From: the human T2T-CHM13v2.0 reference genome, Homo sapiens
Assembly (NCBI RefSeq): GCF_009914755.1
Contig: NC_060931.1
DNA length: 64,000 nucleotides
Strand: one strand, 5' to 3'
Below, piece after piece: positions 1 to 15,801 of this stretch. The notes below the pieces were generated by a model. The model was not told the origin of the DNA. It ran no database searches and saw nothing but the letters and a program-made list of their open reading frames with translations. Each line of letters starts with the position of its first letter. The stretch's first letter is position 1. A program made the position numbers and the translations under genes.

Positions 1-1626
<1,626 letters not shown>

Positions 1627-1829
1627 TAATTGGAAGTTTTTATTTTAATAAGGTTAAACTCCTATTTATTTATCCTTGTGTTAAATTCCTATGTTAATTA
1701 TCTATTTAAAATATATAAAATATATGTCTACAAAAAGACTTGTACAAGTCTTCCCTTTCTCTCTTCCTAAATTTTTCCATCTGCCCTTTCTTTGCCTTCC
1801 ATTCCTTTTTTCCTCTCCTAAGCACAGTC

Positions 1830-3530
1830 ATCTATGTTCAAGAAAGCAGGTAGAAAGAGGGAGGAGGTTCCTCCAGGAATCTAAGCTCAGGTACGCAAGG
1901 AAGCTGGACTTTGAAGTGGAGTGTTACATGTTCTGGTGAGTATGACACTGATAGGGAGCAGGAGGCCAAAGAAGGAGCCACAGCATGGCCTGACATCCTA
2001 GGCAGTAAGGTGGTAAAAAAAATCAGGCAGAGGAGGCACAATGATTGAAAATGTAATTAGGTTGACCAAATAAATTTTTTGATTAAGCAAATAAGTCAAG
2101 ACATCAAGAATAATTACATTTAAGATTATTTTACTTGCTGAGAAATGATTTTGAAATGTGGAAAGAGAGGTTAGTTAGAACCATGAGGTATTATACTAGA
2201 ATTGTAAGTATTGGTATGATTTTTTCATATACTGTCAATCTTCATTATTCATGTATTCTGTATCTACGATATTCACTTACTTACTAAAATGTATTTGTAA
2301 TCCCAAAATCAGTAGAGCACTTTCATTGGCATGTTTAGGCATTGGGAAAAGCATCAAAAAATTGTAGTTGCCAAATGTACATTTTTCCAGCCAAGGTCAA
2401 ACAAGGGAGTGTTCTGCTTTTTTGTTTCAACACTTCCAGTATAAACAAATGTTATTTTCTTGGTCTATTGAGTGCCACAGCTCATTTTTGGGCTTTTAGT
2501 TGATGCATTTGCTGTTTTAAATGGTCCCTAAGGATAGTGCTGAAGTGTCATCTAGTTTTCCTAAGTGCGAGAAGTATCTGATGTGCCTTACAGGGAAAGT
2601 GCCTGTTAGATAAGCTTTGTTCAAGGAAGAGTTACAGTGCTATTGGTTGTGAGTTCAATGTTAACCAAAATTATATATCAAATAAGGTGTTTTTACACAT
2701 AAACACATACATAACCACATTATGTATTAATTAATTGATGAAAATATTATGACTAGAGGGAAACTGTATTACCAGAAAGTGAGGGCATGATCAAAGAATA
2801 GAGATATGTCCAAAAAACTAGTAAGAGCCTGCTTGAATGTTTTTTTAATTGAGAAAATCTAGGGCAGTTTGAGCATCAAAATAAATAATGAGAATATCAC
2901 ACTATAGGCTATTTAATAGAAGAGAAGTTAATGAGTTTATACATATATAAATAAATGAGGAAGAAAGGAAAGCTCTTTTTCCTATTAATTAAAAATAAAG
3001 AAGTATTAACAGATATTCATAATTAGAAAATCATAACAGTGACTGAAGTTTTGCCAAGGAATGATATACTAGTATCATATTGGAATATCTCTCTACACAA
3101 TGATGGCTTTCACACTGGAAGACCTGGGCCTAGGGATGGGAAAATAGCCTCCAGACCTAGGTAGATGGTCATTTTACAGAATGAAAAGCCTGCAAACCTT
3201 CAAGGCTACAGAGAATAACAACAAAAGACTATTAAGGACATAAGAGACAAGGAGAGATAAAGTAACTGCTCCACATTGAAGGAGACTAATAAAGCATATA
3301 AATTAAAAGCAACAGTTTTCCTGGACAGGTATCTGGATGTGAAATGAAACATATACACTGATACAATGATTGATAAAATTAAAATGGAGTATGTGGATTG
3401 GAAAACAGCATTTCTAAATGGAAGGTGGTATGTAGGAAAGTATTCTTGTTTTTAGAAGGTGCACACTAGGGTATTTTAGAGGTGATGGGGCATCATATCA
3501 GACAAAGACAATTTTCATCTATCTTTCTGT
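1830..3530 (+). mobile_element. Old L1 (L1MC-like) 3'UTR fragments, interrupted by MER82
   Basis: Resembles the L1MC 3' end (e.g. gggcagtttgagcatcaaaataaataatg). Boundaries approximate. Confidence 0.55.
2232..2760 (+). mobile_element. MER82 (TcMar-Tigger) DNA transposon fragment
   Basis: Matches recalled MER82 consensus (tttgtaatcccaaaatc...gtgctgaagtg...gtgagttcaatgttaa). Confidence 0.8.
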
Positions 3531-3959
3531 CTTTTGTATATCTGTATATTTATCTATGTAATCTATAAGATAGAACACTATTTCTCAATTTTTTTTTTAC
3601 CCTGCAGAAGCCTTTGAAATAATTTGTAAGTTTTCCACAAAAAAATATTATATCCATAGGTCTTAGTAACTTAATGAGGTCTGCAAATTTAGATATATTA
3701 TAATAATAACTTTCAATGCTATTTTAAGTTGAGAATGTTTTTGGTTTTGTTTTTGGTGGATGTGCTTATTGGGCCATATCATTAGCCAACTCTCTTTGTG
3801 TAGTTCCCCTTCTCCATAAACTACATCACTTTGAATGTAAGTCAAGTAAGGCAGGTAAAGGAAATGAGAGTTTTTATATTTTTTAATAAATCTTTTTTTT
3901 TTTTTTTTGCTTTTTGGTAGGTATTATAGTACTACCCCAAATTTTCACTATACAAAATG

Positions 3960-4040
3960 CTAATAAAGGAAGTACATGGTAAATGACTTGTTTAACTGCA
4001 GTTTCAATGCCTCCTTCCATTAAAACTAGATCCAACCATT
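3960..4040 (-). pseudogene. Candidate pseudo-exon (degenerate AAA3 Walker A region)
   Basis: Acceptor tttatctttttttcaag. Reads WLDLVLMEGGIETAVKQVIYHVL, loosely like PVLLVGPTGTGKT..I..FL. 3' boundary unknown. Confidence 0.3.
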
Positions 4041-4757
4041 CTTGAAAAAAAGATAAACATAGCATACCTTTCTTAAATTTAATTTCTTTGTATAAATTTT
4101 AAAAACACATACGGCAAACAATGTTCTTATTAAATTACTGTCATAAGGCAAAAAGAGATTTAAAAATTTAAAGGGAAGCTAAATATATTTAACTTAAATA
4201 AATGATATATGTTGATTTTCATTAATGTTATTGTGTTGAGTAGTACATTTACTTAACCATAATCTAAAACAATGTGAACACAAATTAGTCTAAGACACAA
4301 ATTTATACAAGACTTTGAAAAAATATTTTTTAACTGACTAAGAGGAGCTAATATATGAGTATAGTAATTACAAAGTTATCATATATAGGTGTTAGTTTTT
4401 TCATCTTTTTATTCATGAAATGTGCTACTGTTGATGCCAATAATGAAAGAAGTAATTTATTCAAAGTGAAACCTGAGCTTGAGTTTTCCTGCACAAAAGA
4501 GTCAATCCCTCATCAAAGCTGAGATAAGTGTAAGGGATTTATTTTCAATTGAAATTAAACATATTTTGCTTTTGCTGAAAATATTTGTTAAAGCTGCTTG
4601 CTCACACGTGAAGAAGTTAGAAGCAGTGGTAAAATATTCACTGTTTTCTTATAAATGGCAAAATATTCTTCTTTTATATAAATTGTAAAAGAAATTCACT
4701 TCTTGCTTAGGAAGGAGCAGTAAACCTCAACTGAAGTATAATTTTACTACGGCTTAC

Positions 4758-4873
4758 CTATCCTCTTCTCTCAAAGTCAAGTCCTCCAGCTGAGCAGAAG
4801 ATTCAATAAAAGTGTCACAGTCACCAAGTCTTGAAATTGAGTGAATGTTGTTCAGTTTTGTTCTGCAGTCCTT
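4758..4873 (-). pseudogene. Candidate pseudo-exon before AAA3
   Basis: Good donor tag|gtaagc. Open frame KDCRTKLNNIHSISRLGDCDTFIESSAQLEDLTLREEDR. Acceptor uncertain and no decisive motif. Confidence 0.3.
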
Positions 4874-5211
4874 CTAGGTAGTTCTCAAAAAGACTTAAAC
4901 CTACTGATTTCCTTTCTCACATTCAAACCCAAGTAGCGGTGGAAAATATCACATACAACCCCACCATCACCCCCGTGCGACTTTTTTTTTTTTTTTTGCA
5001 ATGTGATTTTCCCAAAGATTTAGGTTCTTTTTAAATCCTAGGATCTTTTCACTTAATGTCAAAATATTTTCTCCAGGGCCTTGCAGAGATTAGTTCAACT
5101 GGTTTATGTGGTGAAAATATCTCTTAAGTAGACTAGTTTTTTAATTCATTCTTAATCTTCAAAGCACTGAGCAAAATCTGGCCTACTATTTCCTTGAAAA
5201 AAATTCCTGCA

Positions 5212-5512
5212 GTAAGATGAATAAGTTCTGGAGATCTAATGTACAGCAGCCTGAATACAGTAAATAATACTGTATTGTTTACTTAAAGTTTGCTAAGAGA
5301 ATAGATCTTAAGTATCCTTACCATCCCCCTGCCTACACACACACACACACACACAATGGTAACTGTGTGTGGTGATGAACATGTTAATTTGATTGTGGTA
5401 TCATTACACCATATATGTTTATGGATACACATGTCAAATCATCACAATGTCTACCTGGAATATATATAATTTTTAATTTGTCCATTATACCTCAAAATGC
5501 TGAAAAAAGTAC
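5212..5512 (+). mobile_element. 5'-truncated L1MA/L1MB 3' end with preserved 14-bp TSD
   Basis: L1M 3'UTR. TSD aaaaaattcctgca at about 5198-5211 and 5513-5526. Internal (CA)n. Confidence 0.88.
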
Positions 5513-6879
5513 AAAAAATTCCTGCAATTCTTATTTCACCTAAATCATGCTGCTTTGAAATATTCCTTCATTAAATCATCAGATTTATTTGCTTGGCAGA
5601 GAATTTATGTCCTGTTTGTTCACACTTATCCTTCAGTGATAAAGTAATAAAGTTACCTATTTTTGTAGTATTATTCAGATTTTATTTTCATTTTATTATT
5701 AAAAATTGTTGACACGATATTTGCAACACAATTTTTTTTAAAGAAAAATAGTTCTACATTATAACACCAGAGTGTTCTTTACTTTTTTTAAAGAGTTGAA
5801 ACCTCTTCTGAAGCTTACTATTGATGGGGCACCATAAATACATATGCCAACGTAGTCTTTATAAAACAGACTTGTTGTTTAAATGTATAAAGACAAAACT
5901 ACTAAGTATATCTGCCTTTGCTTGCCTCTACCAGTTTTTTCAGTAGCTTCCATTACAACGACAAACTAATTTTGTGTCTTTTATTGCAATAATGTATGGC
6001 CATGCTTGAGAAGATTGTAACTTTTCACCCTAAGCTTTTCTTCCTCCATAACAAAACTCATATTTAAAAAGCTCTATATAGAACTCTAAATGTTACATAA
6101 ATTCATAAACTCATAAAATATAAAGCAAAAGGACATAAGTAACATGAGAAAAAAATAAATAAATCACAATAAAATTCATGTCTGACCTAACAATCCTTGT
6201 TTTGCAATTATTTTAAAAAGCAGCTAAATGTGGTAGTAATGGGGATGGCAAGTGAGTTGTGGCATGCGAAAACACATTATATAGAATCAAACTCCTATTT
6301 CTTATTAACTTGTAAAGGTTATTCCCACCCACAAGCCAATCTGATGTATTAAGGAGAAATTGAGAAAGGTAACTCTAGAGGGAAAGGCTGACATTATTGG
6401 CCCCTCCATGCAATGAACAGCTTACAAACTGTCTCTTTGGGAATTTCACCTCATATAAAACACGGAGAATGGATACAACTACATGACCACAGTTTTAGTG
6501 TACATTTCCATGTGTGCTGAATGACTTTCATTAACTTGCTACCCAGGCTGCTTGGTCAATCTCCATCAGTACAAACTTTAACATCACATGGAACTCCAAG
6601 TTAAAAAAGAAACAAACAAACAAACAAAAAGCCAACAAACAAAAAGGCAACTATCACTATCTCTCACAGAAATTATAGTGACATTTCATGGCACTTTAGA
6701 TTTCTTGTAAATCCCATTTGAATACCTTTCTCTCTCTCTAAATATGCATGTACTATTACTATATGTACTATATAGTAATATATACTATATATTAATTTAG
6801 CTATTACTATATATGTATATAACACCATCTTTGTATGTGTGTAACACACCTATATATATAGAAAGAAAAAGGGAGAAAG

Positions 6880-7130
6880 AAAACTGTAGATTAAATGATA
6901 GTACTACATCATTGTTAAGTTTTGTGAGTTATGTAATTGTACAGTGGATAGGTAATGATATAAGAAAATGTCTAGAATTTGGGGGATAACTGGGCATATT
7001 TCTAAATTTACTCTCCAGTGACTCAAGAGAGACAAAGAATGCTAAATCCAAAGAGCAAAATGTAAACAGTTAAGAAATCTGAGGAAACGTATATTGGTAT
7101 TCTTTATAATACTATTGCAACTTTTCTATA
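6880..7130 (+). mobile_element. Old L1 (L1ME/MC-like) 3' end fragment
   Basis: Resembles an old L1 3' terminus (attctttataatactattgcaacttttct). Interrupted by an Alu. Confidence 0.55.
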
Positions 7131-7132
7131 CG

Positions 7133-7449
7133 TTTTGTTTGTTTGTTTTGTTTTGTTTGTTTGTTTGAGATGGAATCTCACTCTGTTACCCAGGCTGGAG
7201 TGGAGTGGCATGATCCCGGCTCACTGCAACCTCCGCCTCCCAGGTTTAAGGATTCTCCTGCCTCAGCCTCCTGAGTGGCTGGGATTACAGGTGTGCACCA
7301 CCAAATCTGGCTAATTTTTGTATTTTTTTTAGTAGAGATGGGATTTCACCATATTGGTTAGGCTGTTCTCGAACTCCTGACCTCGTGATCCACCCACCTC
7401 GGCCTCCCAAAGTGCTGGGATTACAGGCGTGGGCCACTGCACCCAGTCC
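7133..7449 (-). mobile_element. AluS (Sg/Sc-like)
   Basis: Full dimeric Alu in reverse with a (TTTG)n tail. Confidence 0.95.
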
Positions 7450-8599
7450 TGTATATGTTTTTATTTAAATCAAAATATAACTTGTAAGGAATGAAAAGTC
7501 CATGTATACATGAAGCCTTTAATAGTTCTTTTATATTTGTAGCATGTTATGTCTAACCACATTACTTCCTAAATTAACTACATACTTAATTTAGGAAGTG
7601 ACTAAAGATATAAAAAGTTACAGCAAATTTTCATGCTAGCCTTTAACAATAAGTATTTTTGAGTCAATAAATTAAGGGTTACTTCCAGTCTAAACAATAT
7701 GTAGAATTAAACATTCCCTTTATTATTTCTTAATGCTCAAGACATGTATTTGTCATAGCCTCCATAATATTTTATAACACTTTTATAGGTCTTAAGTCAG
7801 GCATTACCATTATATGTCATTCTTAATAACTGAGTCAGATTCAGAGTAGATGCATAATACTTATTTAATTAATCAATAAATGCATCAATGGATTTGTGCT
7901 TTTTTCATCATATCTAAAGAGAAAGTAATTAAAATTGATTAATTATTTATTAAAATTTTCAGAGATTATTTAGACTTCCATTAATGAATTAAACCGTGAT
8001 AAATCTGGGCAATGTTTATGTTCTCATGAAGTGAAATGTAATAAAAAGTGAAGAGAACTAACTTTTAGAATAATCATTAATGTCTTTAGAATTGGAGTAG
8101 TCATCTTATCGAATATTCACCATTCCTTTATCACTAGTATAAGGACATAAAGCTAAACAATTATGAAGACTCCTTCCAGCTTTAAAATATTAATCCTAAA
8201 TATTATCAGAAGAACCATAAGCATGGGATAGCCTAAGCATGTGTGCACACACACACACGTAAGCAATCATATCTTAACTTTTTAAATAAAGAGCCTATTG
8301 TATTTCAGTTCCAGTCATATTTAATGATTGTGCTGTTTAATATTCCTCTAAGAACTGAAGTATATTTTAAGGAGTAAAAATAATTTAGACAATTGTAATG
8401 TTAGATCTGAAAAGTCATAAATATACATTGTTCCAGGATCAAGCTTTGTACTATTTGCAAAGTGATAGGTTTGAAAATTCTTGTTTAAAAAATAAATTGA
8501 TCACTTTTTTTCTGAAGACACAATTAAAGTGAAATTAAATAAAAGAGTATAATTCCACAAGAAACAAAATAAAAGGGGTGCCATTAGGAGGAAAAACAT

Positions 8600-10350
8600 T
8601 TCAACCAATTCCAAGTCCCAGACTGCAGACTAATGAATGTTAACCAAATATTGATGACAAAGGAAAACGCAGCCTAAGTTCCTATAGAGGAGAATGGAGC
8701 CCAAAGCAAGGCATTCTCCCAATAACCTCAGAGATCAGGATTCAAAAATACCAGAAATAAGTCAGGAAGAATGTGAGACAGGAGAGAAAACATAAATATG
8801 AATGAAATGGTATTTGGAACAGTAGACCCCTCACCCCCAACACTGATGCAAACTTCTCACGCAGAAAACTTAAATCTGCCCTCCAGGTAAAGTGAAACAC
8901 GGTGAATAGCCCCTGGGTTGGGGAGAAGGCAGAGTTCTTCATGTACTGTCATTTAGACATCCCTTACACAAAAGCTAGATCCATCTTCAAACTTGGAAGC
9001 ATCAATTTTCTAATCAATAAGACACACCGAAGTACACAGTGTTCTGAGACCTTTATTATCTCATTAAATATAAACAGAAAGTCACAAATCACCACACATT
9101 TAAGGAAAGCCTGAAACATGGCATAGAAAGAACAGATTACATGCACAAATACAATCTTCCTCAAACAAATATCTTCAGGGAGATTTGAAAAGACCTATTA
9201 TTCACAAAGGGTGATGCTATTTAAAAGATAAGAAGTGTGAGAGAGAAAAAATAAAGAGGGAGGGAGACAGAGAGAAAAAAGAAGGAGAAGGGGAGAGGCA
9301 CACAGCAGTAGGTGTTAGAAAGTGAAAATAAATGAAAATGCCGAAGACAAATTAGTGAAAGCGGAAAATCTACAATATTTTTTAAAAAAGCATACATGGA
9401 TAACAGATGCTTTTATGAGCATAAAAGCACAAATAGATAAATATAAGGGAAGATATAAAGGACATAAAAATCAGTCTAAGGTGTCCAGCATATGTTCAAT
9501 AAAGGTTCAAAAAGGGCAAATGAACGATCATGCCCCCATATTGAAAGGACATTCCAAAGTTCATGAAAAAAAAATGTATCAACCCTGACACTATAATATA
9601 TTGTGAAATAGCATAAACAAAATAACAAAATGTTTAAAGTTTTTTTTTTATTTAACAGGGCGAAGAAAAGTGAAGAAATATAATTGTTGAGGAAGTAGCT
9701 ACCTGCAATATTATAAGAATTGAATTCGCATCAGTATACTCATCAGCAACACTAGATGTCAGGTGCCACTGCAGTGGTGTTTGTTACATTCTGAGACATT
9801 ATTTTAGCCAAGTGTTCAATACTCAATACCTTCAATTAAGTTTTAGCCAGAATAAAAATATTTTCAGACACAAGAAGAATCAGAAAACTTCCTTCTATAC
9901 ATTCTGTCCTAGGAAATTACTTACGGATATGCTTAGCAGTATAAGGATATAAACTATGTGAGAGAAGATCACAAAGGAAGTGATATCACAGTTCCAGTTT
10001 CTATAACAGACCTAAATAAGATGGAAATCAGTCTACATTGAGCATTGAAACAGGTGTGTTACAATCTTCAGGTCAGAGGTAGGTGTTCAGTAAAAAAGAA
10101 AGAGAAGTGTATTCAAAAGATTTCACTTTTTTCTTTTTTAGTTTTTGGAACAACTTAGGGCAGTCAATGCAAGGTAAAAAAGAGAAAGGAAGAAATCACA
10201 GGGATAAGAAGCTATATAGGAGATTAATGAAAGTTATAGAAGACTGTAAATTGTCAGATAAATGATTTACATTGTGATACAAAATAAACATTTTGTCCTG
10301 GTTTAACTAGAAACAGTGACAATTTAATTTCTGAAGATGGGCGTGAAGGA
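8600..10350 (+). mobile_element. Ancient L1/HAL1-like 5' region and ORF1 remnant
   Basis: A-rich strand with decayed ORF1-type motifs (catcagcaacactagatg). Boundaries approximate. Confidence 0.5.
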
Positions 10351-11109
10351 GTTGAGGATCTTTGAAAAATAAATGTTAATCACAGGAGAGAAAATTAAGA
10401 AATCAAAAATTAGTTATTTAAGCATTTAGTTTTTAAATATAGAATTCAAAGGGGAATGAAGCAGGAAACTACTTTTCATTAAAAGTCTTTCTGCTTTCTC
10501 AAGCATTTGTAAATATTACTTTGATTATTCTTCAAATGAATTTTTCACATGAACCAATCATCAATTTGCATTTTCTTATTTCATAACAAATTTGTTGACA
10601 TTTTTACAGTGTCAAAAAGTGGCAAATATCATATATAATTTTAATATAAATAAATAAAACACATGGAATGGATTCCTGAGTCACTTCTCCTTGTATTCTT
10701 CTCAAAACACAATCACATTGTTTTGCTTTATCTGAAATTTTCTTTTCCTGCATGGTTCTTTATGATATAATTGCCAGCTGTTGTGATGTTTTGATTTGTT
10801 TTTTAAAAAACTCATTATAAAACATTTTATGTCATTTCAACACGAGCTAGAAGGCATTAACAGTCCTCAAGGTACAGAGCCATAGCATTTCCTTCTGGAA
10901 CATTCAAAATTTCCTTGAAAAATTAAGGCAATTACTTGTTTAAAATATTTTCAGAAGATACTCCCACAAAAGCAATGATATGCCATTTGCTTTAGCCTCA
11001 CAAACTTTCTGGCATCATATTACAGTGTATTTATCAAATTCAGACATCCACTTATATATCAATATCAAATTTAAAAACTAAATTATCATAATCAGAAACT
11101 GAGGTCAGT

Positions 11110-11295
11110 GTGCCCGAATTAGCACTGAGGCTCACTTATAACCTGTGTTACCTTGAGCAAGTATTTATTCTGTCTATTTCTGATTTCCTTTGTGATGAAC
11201 AGCATTAGTCATTTCTATTTCTGTGTACATTGTGAAGATTAGATGTAAATTGTTTTGTGCTGTGCCTGGCACTGATTACGTCTGTAATTCATGGG
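11110..11295 (+). mobile_element. MIR
   Basis: Core-like ctgtgttaccttgagcaagt...gtgaagattagatg...gtgcctggcac. Confidence 0.7.
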
Positions 11296-11365
11296 AGCAG
11301 TGTTGTTGTCAATGTTGCTGCTGATGGTGCTGATAAAATTTATCTTCATCATTGCAAACCCCAAC

Positions 11366-11472
11366 CTTCCAACATAGCTGTTTGTATTTCCTAAGTGATA
11401 GTTGATGGATATCACCAATTCTCCCTTCAAGCCAAAAATACCCATGACTGCAGAAACTAGTGGATAGTTATT
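11366..11472 (-). pseudogene. Candidate DHC-like pseudo-exon (AAA2 lid)
   Basis: Acceptor catctcttttag. Open frame NNYPLVSAVMGIFGLKGEL, weakly like F.FA.IW.FGG.L. Weak donor. Confidence 0.3.
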
Positions 11473-11848
11473 CTAAAAGAGATGACATTATAGGAAATGC
11501 AACATATGGCCACAGAGCCATATAACTATGGTCCTTATGGCACCTATAAAATGCCTTCATAGCTAATTCCAAGTGAGTTGTTACTCAAGAGCTATCAGTC
11601 ACTGAGAACAAGTATCAGGTAGCTGATGCCTTAAAAAGGCAATATACAGTTGATTATGTAAGTTCTGATGTATCTTAGAAAATGTTTCTCGTATACTCAT
11701 TTTACTGATGTCCACGCAGTACAGAGAATCTTATGTATTAAAGAGAAAATATATACTAATAGCAAAGTTTCCAATTTACTCACAATACTCCTTATACATG
11801 CACAGAAAGCTTAATTTTCATTTTCCATAAAAGATAAAAAAAACTTAC

Positions 11849-12462
11849 TCATAGTTTTCCACCTTGCTAGGTTTTAAGGGGAGATATTAATATAAAATAG
11901 TTTAATCTGCCAATATACGATTTCGTAGTCTTCACAATTATAAAATTCTATTTTCAATGATTTAGTCACTTTCAAGGACATATTCTGCCATTCAAATGCC
12001 TCATTCTGTTGTAATTTTTATCAAGATATGTCAGGACATACTGAGTCCATCAACATTCTTATAGTAGCAGGGGATAAGAGGAACTTATATCTTCTTTTGT
12101 TTTTCAGCTCCCCTCTCATCGATGCTGTGCTGTAACTGGTGTAGTCTGTATCCCATGACGGTGATATTAAAATGTGATTTTCTGATTAGTCTTTGTAGGG
12201 CAATATTCTGACGTCTACTTCTAGAGGCCATGGTGCAAAAACTGCTTGTCCCCAGTCATGATGTACTTTGTCAAACTTGTGTTAGACTGTCTACAGGGCA
12301 TGAGAGTTCTCCAGTTCCACACCGACATGTCTAGATTCCCCATTTTCTTCTCCGTAAACAGTTTTCTGGTATTCAGGACAAAGGCCTTAGGTTCAACTGT
12401 TATGCCACCTCCACTGGCATACTGCACTTTTGTTTTGCATCATTCTCATGCTTAGTATCAAG
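11849..12462 (-). pseudogene. DHC-like pseudo-exon (AAA2 Walker B / SPATISR region)
   Basis: Acceptor cttatttag, donor tga|gtaagt. Reads WGQAVFAPWPLEV...SENHILISPSWD...MR...LSPATIRM...IKLFYINISP versus canonical DGPVDA.WIE...DDN.LLT.PSGE...M.LIFE...ASPATISR.GM...LF..Y..P. SPATIR lies at 12057-12074. Confidence 0.72.
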
Positions 12463-12620
12463 CTAAATAAGCTATATTTGCTAAAACTTGGGAAACTAAA
12501 TTTCCTAAAGGAAGTCACCATGTTTTCAGAAACTTTTGTTTCTGCCTCAAATTCTTCAAATCCCAACAACCTAGTACAGTGTCTATCAGCAACAATTAAT
12601 TAATAATAATTGGCTGAATT

Positions 12621-12875
12621 GGTGGGTGGATCATTCAAGGCCAGGAGTTAAAGAACAGCCTGCCCAACATGGCAAAAACCTGTCTCTAGTAAAAATACAC
12701 AAATTAGCCCTGTGTTGGGGGTGTGCACCTGTAATGCCAGCTATTCAGGAGGCCGAGGCAAGAGAATCACTTGAATCTGGGAGGTGGAAGTTGCAGTGAG
12801 CAGAGATCTCATGACTGCACTCCAGCCTGGGCAACAGAGCAAGACTCTATCTCAAAAAACAAACAAACAAACAAA
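12621..12875 (+). mobile_element. 5'-truncated Alu (AluS/J)
   Basis: Partial left arm, full right arm, (AAAC)n tail. Confidence 0.93.
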
Positions 12876-14955
12876 ATGACTTAATCAATCACCCAATCAA
12901 TAAGATCATGTGGCACCAAGCTAATTACTGAGTAATTGAAAGAAACAGGATTATAAGTCACAATGAAAGTAAATAATAGTTTCAATAAATACATAATTTT
13001 GCTTTGCTCCAACTATGAGCTCATTGAGATGGATCATTTCCATCCATGATGAAAAGCACAGCCCATTCCTAATAGAGGGCAAATTAAGTGGTGTAAAAAT
13101 GACATTAATATATGTAGAACTGAGTGAGGAAGTCTGACCTTAGGTACCACAGGGGTCATGGTTGCCGATATTGAAGTTGCCAAGAATTTAGGCAAGTTAG
13201 AGATGACTATGGGAGTTATGAATTTGCTGATGAAGTCATTAAGGAGAAGGGATTGTATTTTGAGTGTTTGTTGCTAAAACACTAAATATAAAGATGCTGG
13301 TATTAAGGGCATGGTAAGCATTTTCAAAAAGTCACTGCTGATTGGCAGTGGCCAAAGTGTAACCTATAATTAGCATGGGAGTCTACAGCAAAGAGGGCTA
13401 GAAAAGAAAGAAAAATTTCAATTAAAGTAAATAAGTTGTATTTGTTGTTGATAGAAATATCTGATGATACAAGAAAATATATCTTAATAGTATACTGTTA
13501 CTTCGAGGTTCATTGGAAAAATCCAGGGGTTGTTTTGACGATAGGGAACAGTGAGATAAGCAGTGTAATAGAATAATGCTACAAATACTGAATAAAGTAT
13601 TTGAGAAGTAGAGTTTCTCTACAGTAAATACGATGAAGAAAGCACAGGTAAAGGAGGAAATTAATAGTGGCATGGGAAATAAACGCTAAACAGAAGCTGT
13701 ATCGGTGGAGAATATTGGATAAGTGACCAAACCTAGACTGTAAAGGTCCCACTTGTGAGCAAAATTGCTCATAACCCTTGTAATAAACTATCTCAAATAA
13801 CTCATGAAAGTATGCATATATTAAGCCATTGTCTTAGGAAGAGTCACAAACACCTATGCTGTGATTAGTGCTGCAACATTCATTAATTTGCTTTTGTAAA
13901 TTAAAGGCTAATGAATTAAATGAAGGCAGCTGTCAGTTTTATTGTTTCAAACCCCAAATATGTGACAATACTCAATAAACATTTTTAATTATTGTTCAAT
14001 GACTAAATCACTAAAGTATGTCTTTAATTAACAAATACAAGTAAATTCAAAATAAATTTATATGTAAATGGACTCACAGGTGGACCTTAACCACCTGAAA
14101 CAACTTAAATGCTGGTAAAATAGGGGTACAACAATTCACAATACAATTAAAGTTATGAAATGTATCATATACACAAAAAAGAGTCTGGAAAGATCTACGT
14201 CTTATTGTAATGATTTTCTAGGCTCTAAAGCACTAAGATGAAATTTTGGTTTCCAAAATTTCTAAACTGAATCTCCATGTAAAAGTCAACTTTTAAGATT
14301 TTTAACAAAAATCTTATTTTCCATTTTACTTTTTAGTGCACATAAAGTGCTATTTATCACTGCCCTATCCTTCATTTAAGCTCTTCTTGACCCTTTAACA
14401 TTTATTGTTTGCATAATACATTCTATTTCAAAACAGTCCCAAGAGTTTTCTTTATGATTTCCATAATTTCCCTGTGAGATAATTAAGAATGTCATCCTCC
14501 CCTGGAATTTACAGATAAAAATATTACCTGATCAATTTACATGGCTTGTTCACATAGATAATGTAGTCAAACTTCATTAATTTAGTAATTTAGTTTCCTA
14601 TTCCAAATCATGACATTATATATTAACTTTTTACTACTCTTCATTTCATCTCTCCCATAGCCTCAATCTAGCATCATCTTCAAACTGTAATCACTCTCTA
14701 CCTCAAGTGTAAAATACTTTCCTTCTTTATGCCAACTTGTCATTGGCTTTCTCAGTATGGCTTTAACTGGCACCTTTTCCTTTCTGCAAATTGCTAGTAC
14801 CTAAAATGAAATTATTCTACAGCCTTAATTGTATACAAAATGCTGTATAACTACTTCATCCTAGAACAAGATCAAATGTAAATTATAGGTTATGCTTTTA
14901 AAATAAAGATCTTTCCCAATTCAAGGACTGAACATGAATTTGTCCTTCATACTAC

Positions 14956-15152
14956 CTTATGATACAATAAAATATTGTCAGTTAACACATTTAAACTCCT
15001 ATAGAGTAGAATATAAGACAGTTTTTCAAGAGAAACTTTAAATATAGTTCCTCCATTTTTTTTGTAGTCCCAATAAATTGCAATCAATTTTGTCATGACT
15101 TCACTGGCAAAAAGAGAATTTAAATACACTAGGATTATTTCTTTATCTTTCC
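14956..15152 (-). pseudogene. DHC-like pseudo-exon (AAA2 middle), fully open frame
   Basis: Acceptor tcttctccccacttgcctttcag, donor aag|gtagta, 197 nt with no stop: GKDKEIILVYLNSLFASEVMTKLIAIYWDYKKNGGTIFK... Loosely like K.V...LNP....QL.G.FD....W.DG. Phase matches the GSGKT frame of the upstream exon. Confidence 0.68.
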
Positions 15153-15801
15153 CTGAAAGGCAAGTGGGGAGAAGACCACATGGCACAATAACTTGACCAA
15201 AATTTAAGACATCAAGATTTTAATTTTAATTCCCATACTAACACTTCCTTACCAACCTCAGTTTCTGCAACAGTGAAAAAATGTAATTGTAACTCCATCA
15301 CCTATTTCAGTGGTGTTAAAGAAGATCAAAGGAGATGACCTATTTGATAGATCTTTGAAACATACAGAACTGTTTAGAAGTGCAATGCATGAATAAATAG
15401 CCACATCTCTGCTCTCTTTTTATATTGCAGCTCTCATTATTCTGTGACCAAAAAAACCCTCACATTTTTAAGAAAAATGCAATAACAATTTTAAATTAAA
15501 AACACAAATCTGGACAAATAAACAAACAAAAAAACCCTCAAGCTTGAATTCTTTCAAATCTTTAAATTCTTCACTAGCCTCTGGGGTATCTTATATGCCA
15601 TACTATTATCCAGGAGACTTTCCCAGTAAGTGTTGTGCTTTATTTCACTATCAGTAAGTCATCATGTCCTGGAAGCCTCTCTGTCTATTCCCCTTTGCCT
15701 ACTCCAATTTGGCTTTGTTTCCATTTTTCTGTGCTTTACTTTCTCCTCTGCTCTTTTCTATCCTGAACAATTAAAACTGTGTAATATAATCATATATTCA
15801 C

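Noticed and set aside
12085-12231. 48-aa minus-strand ORF with good Kozak context (gcaccATGG)
   Set aside because: An alternative frame of the SPATIR-containing pseudo-exon, with no independent support.
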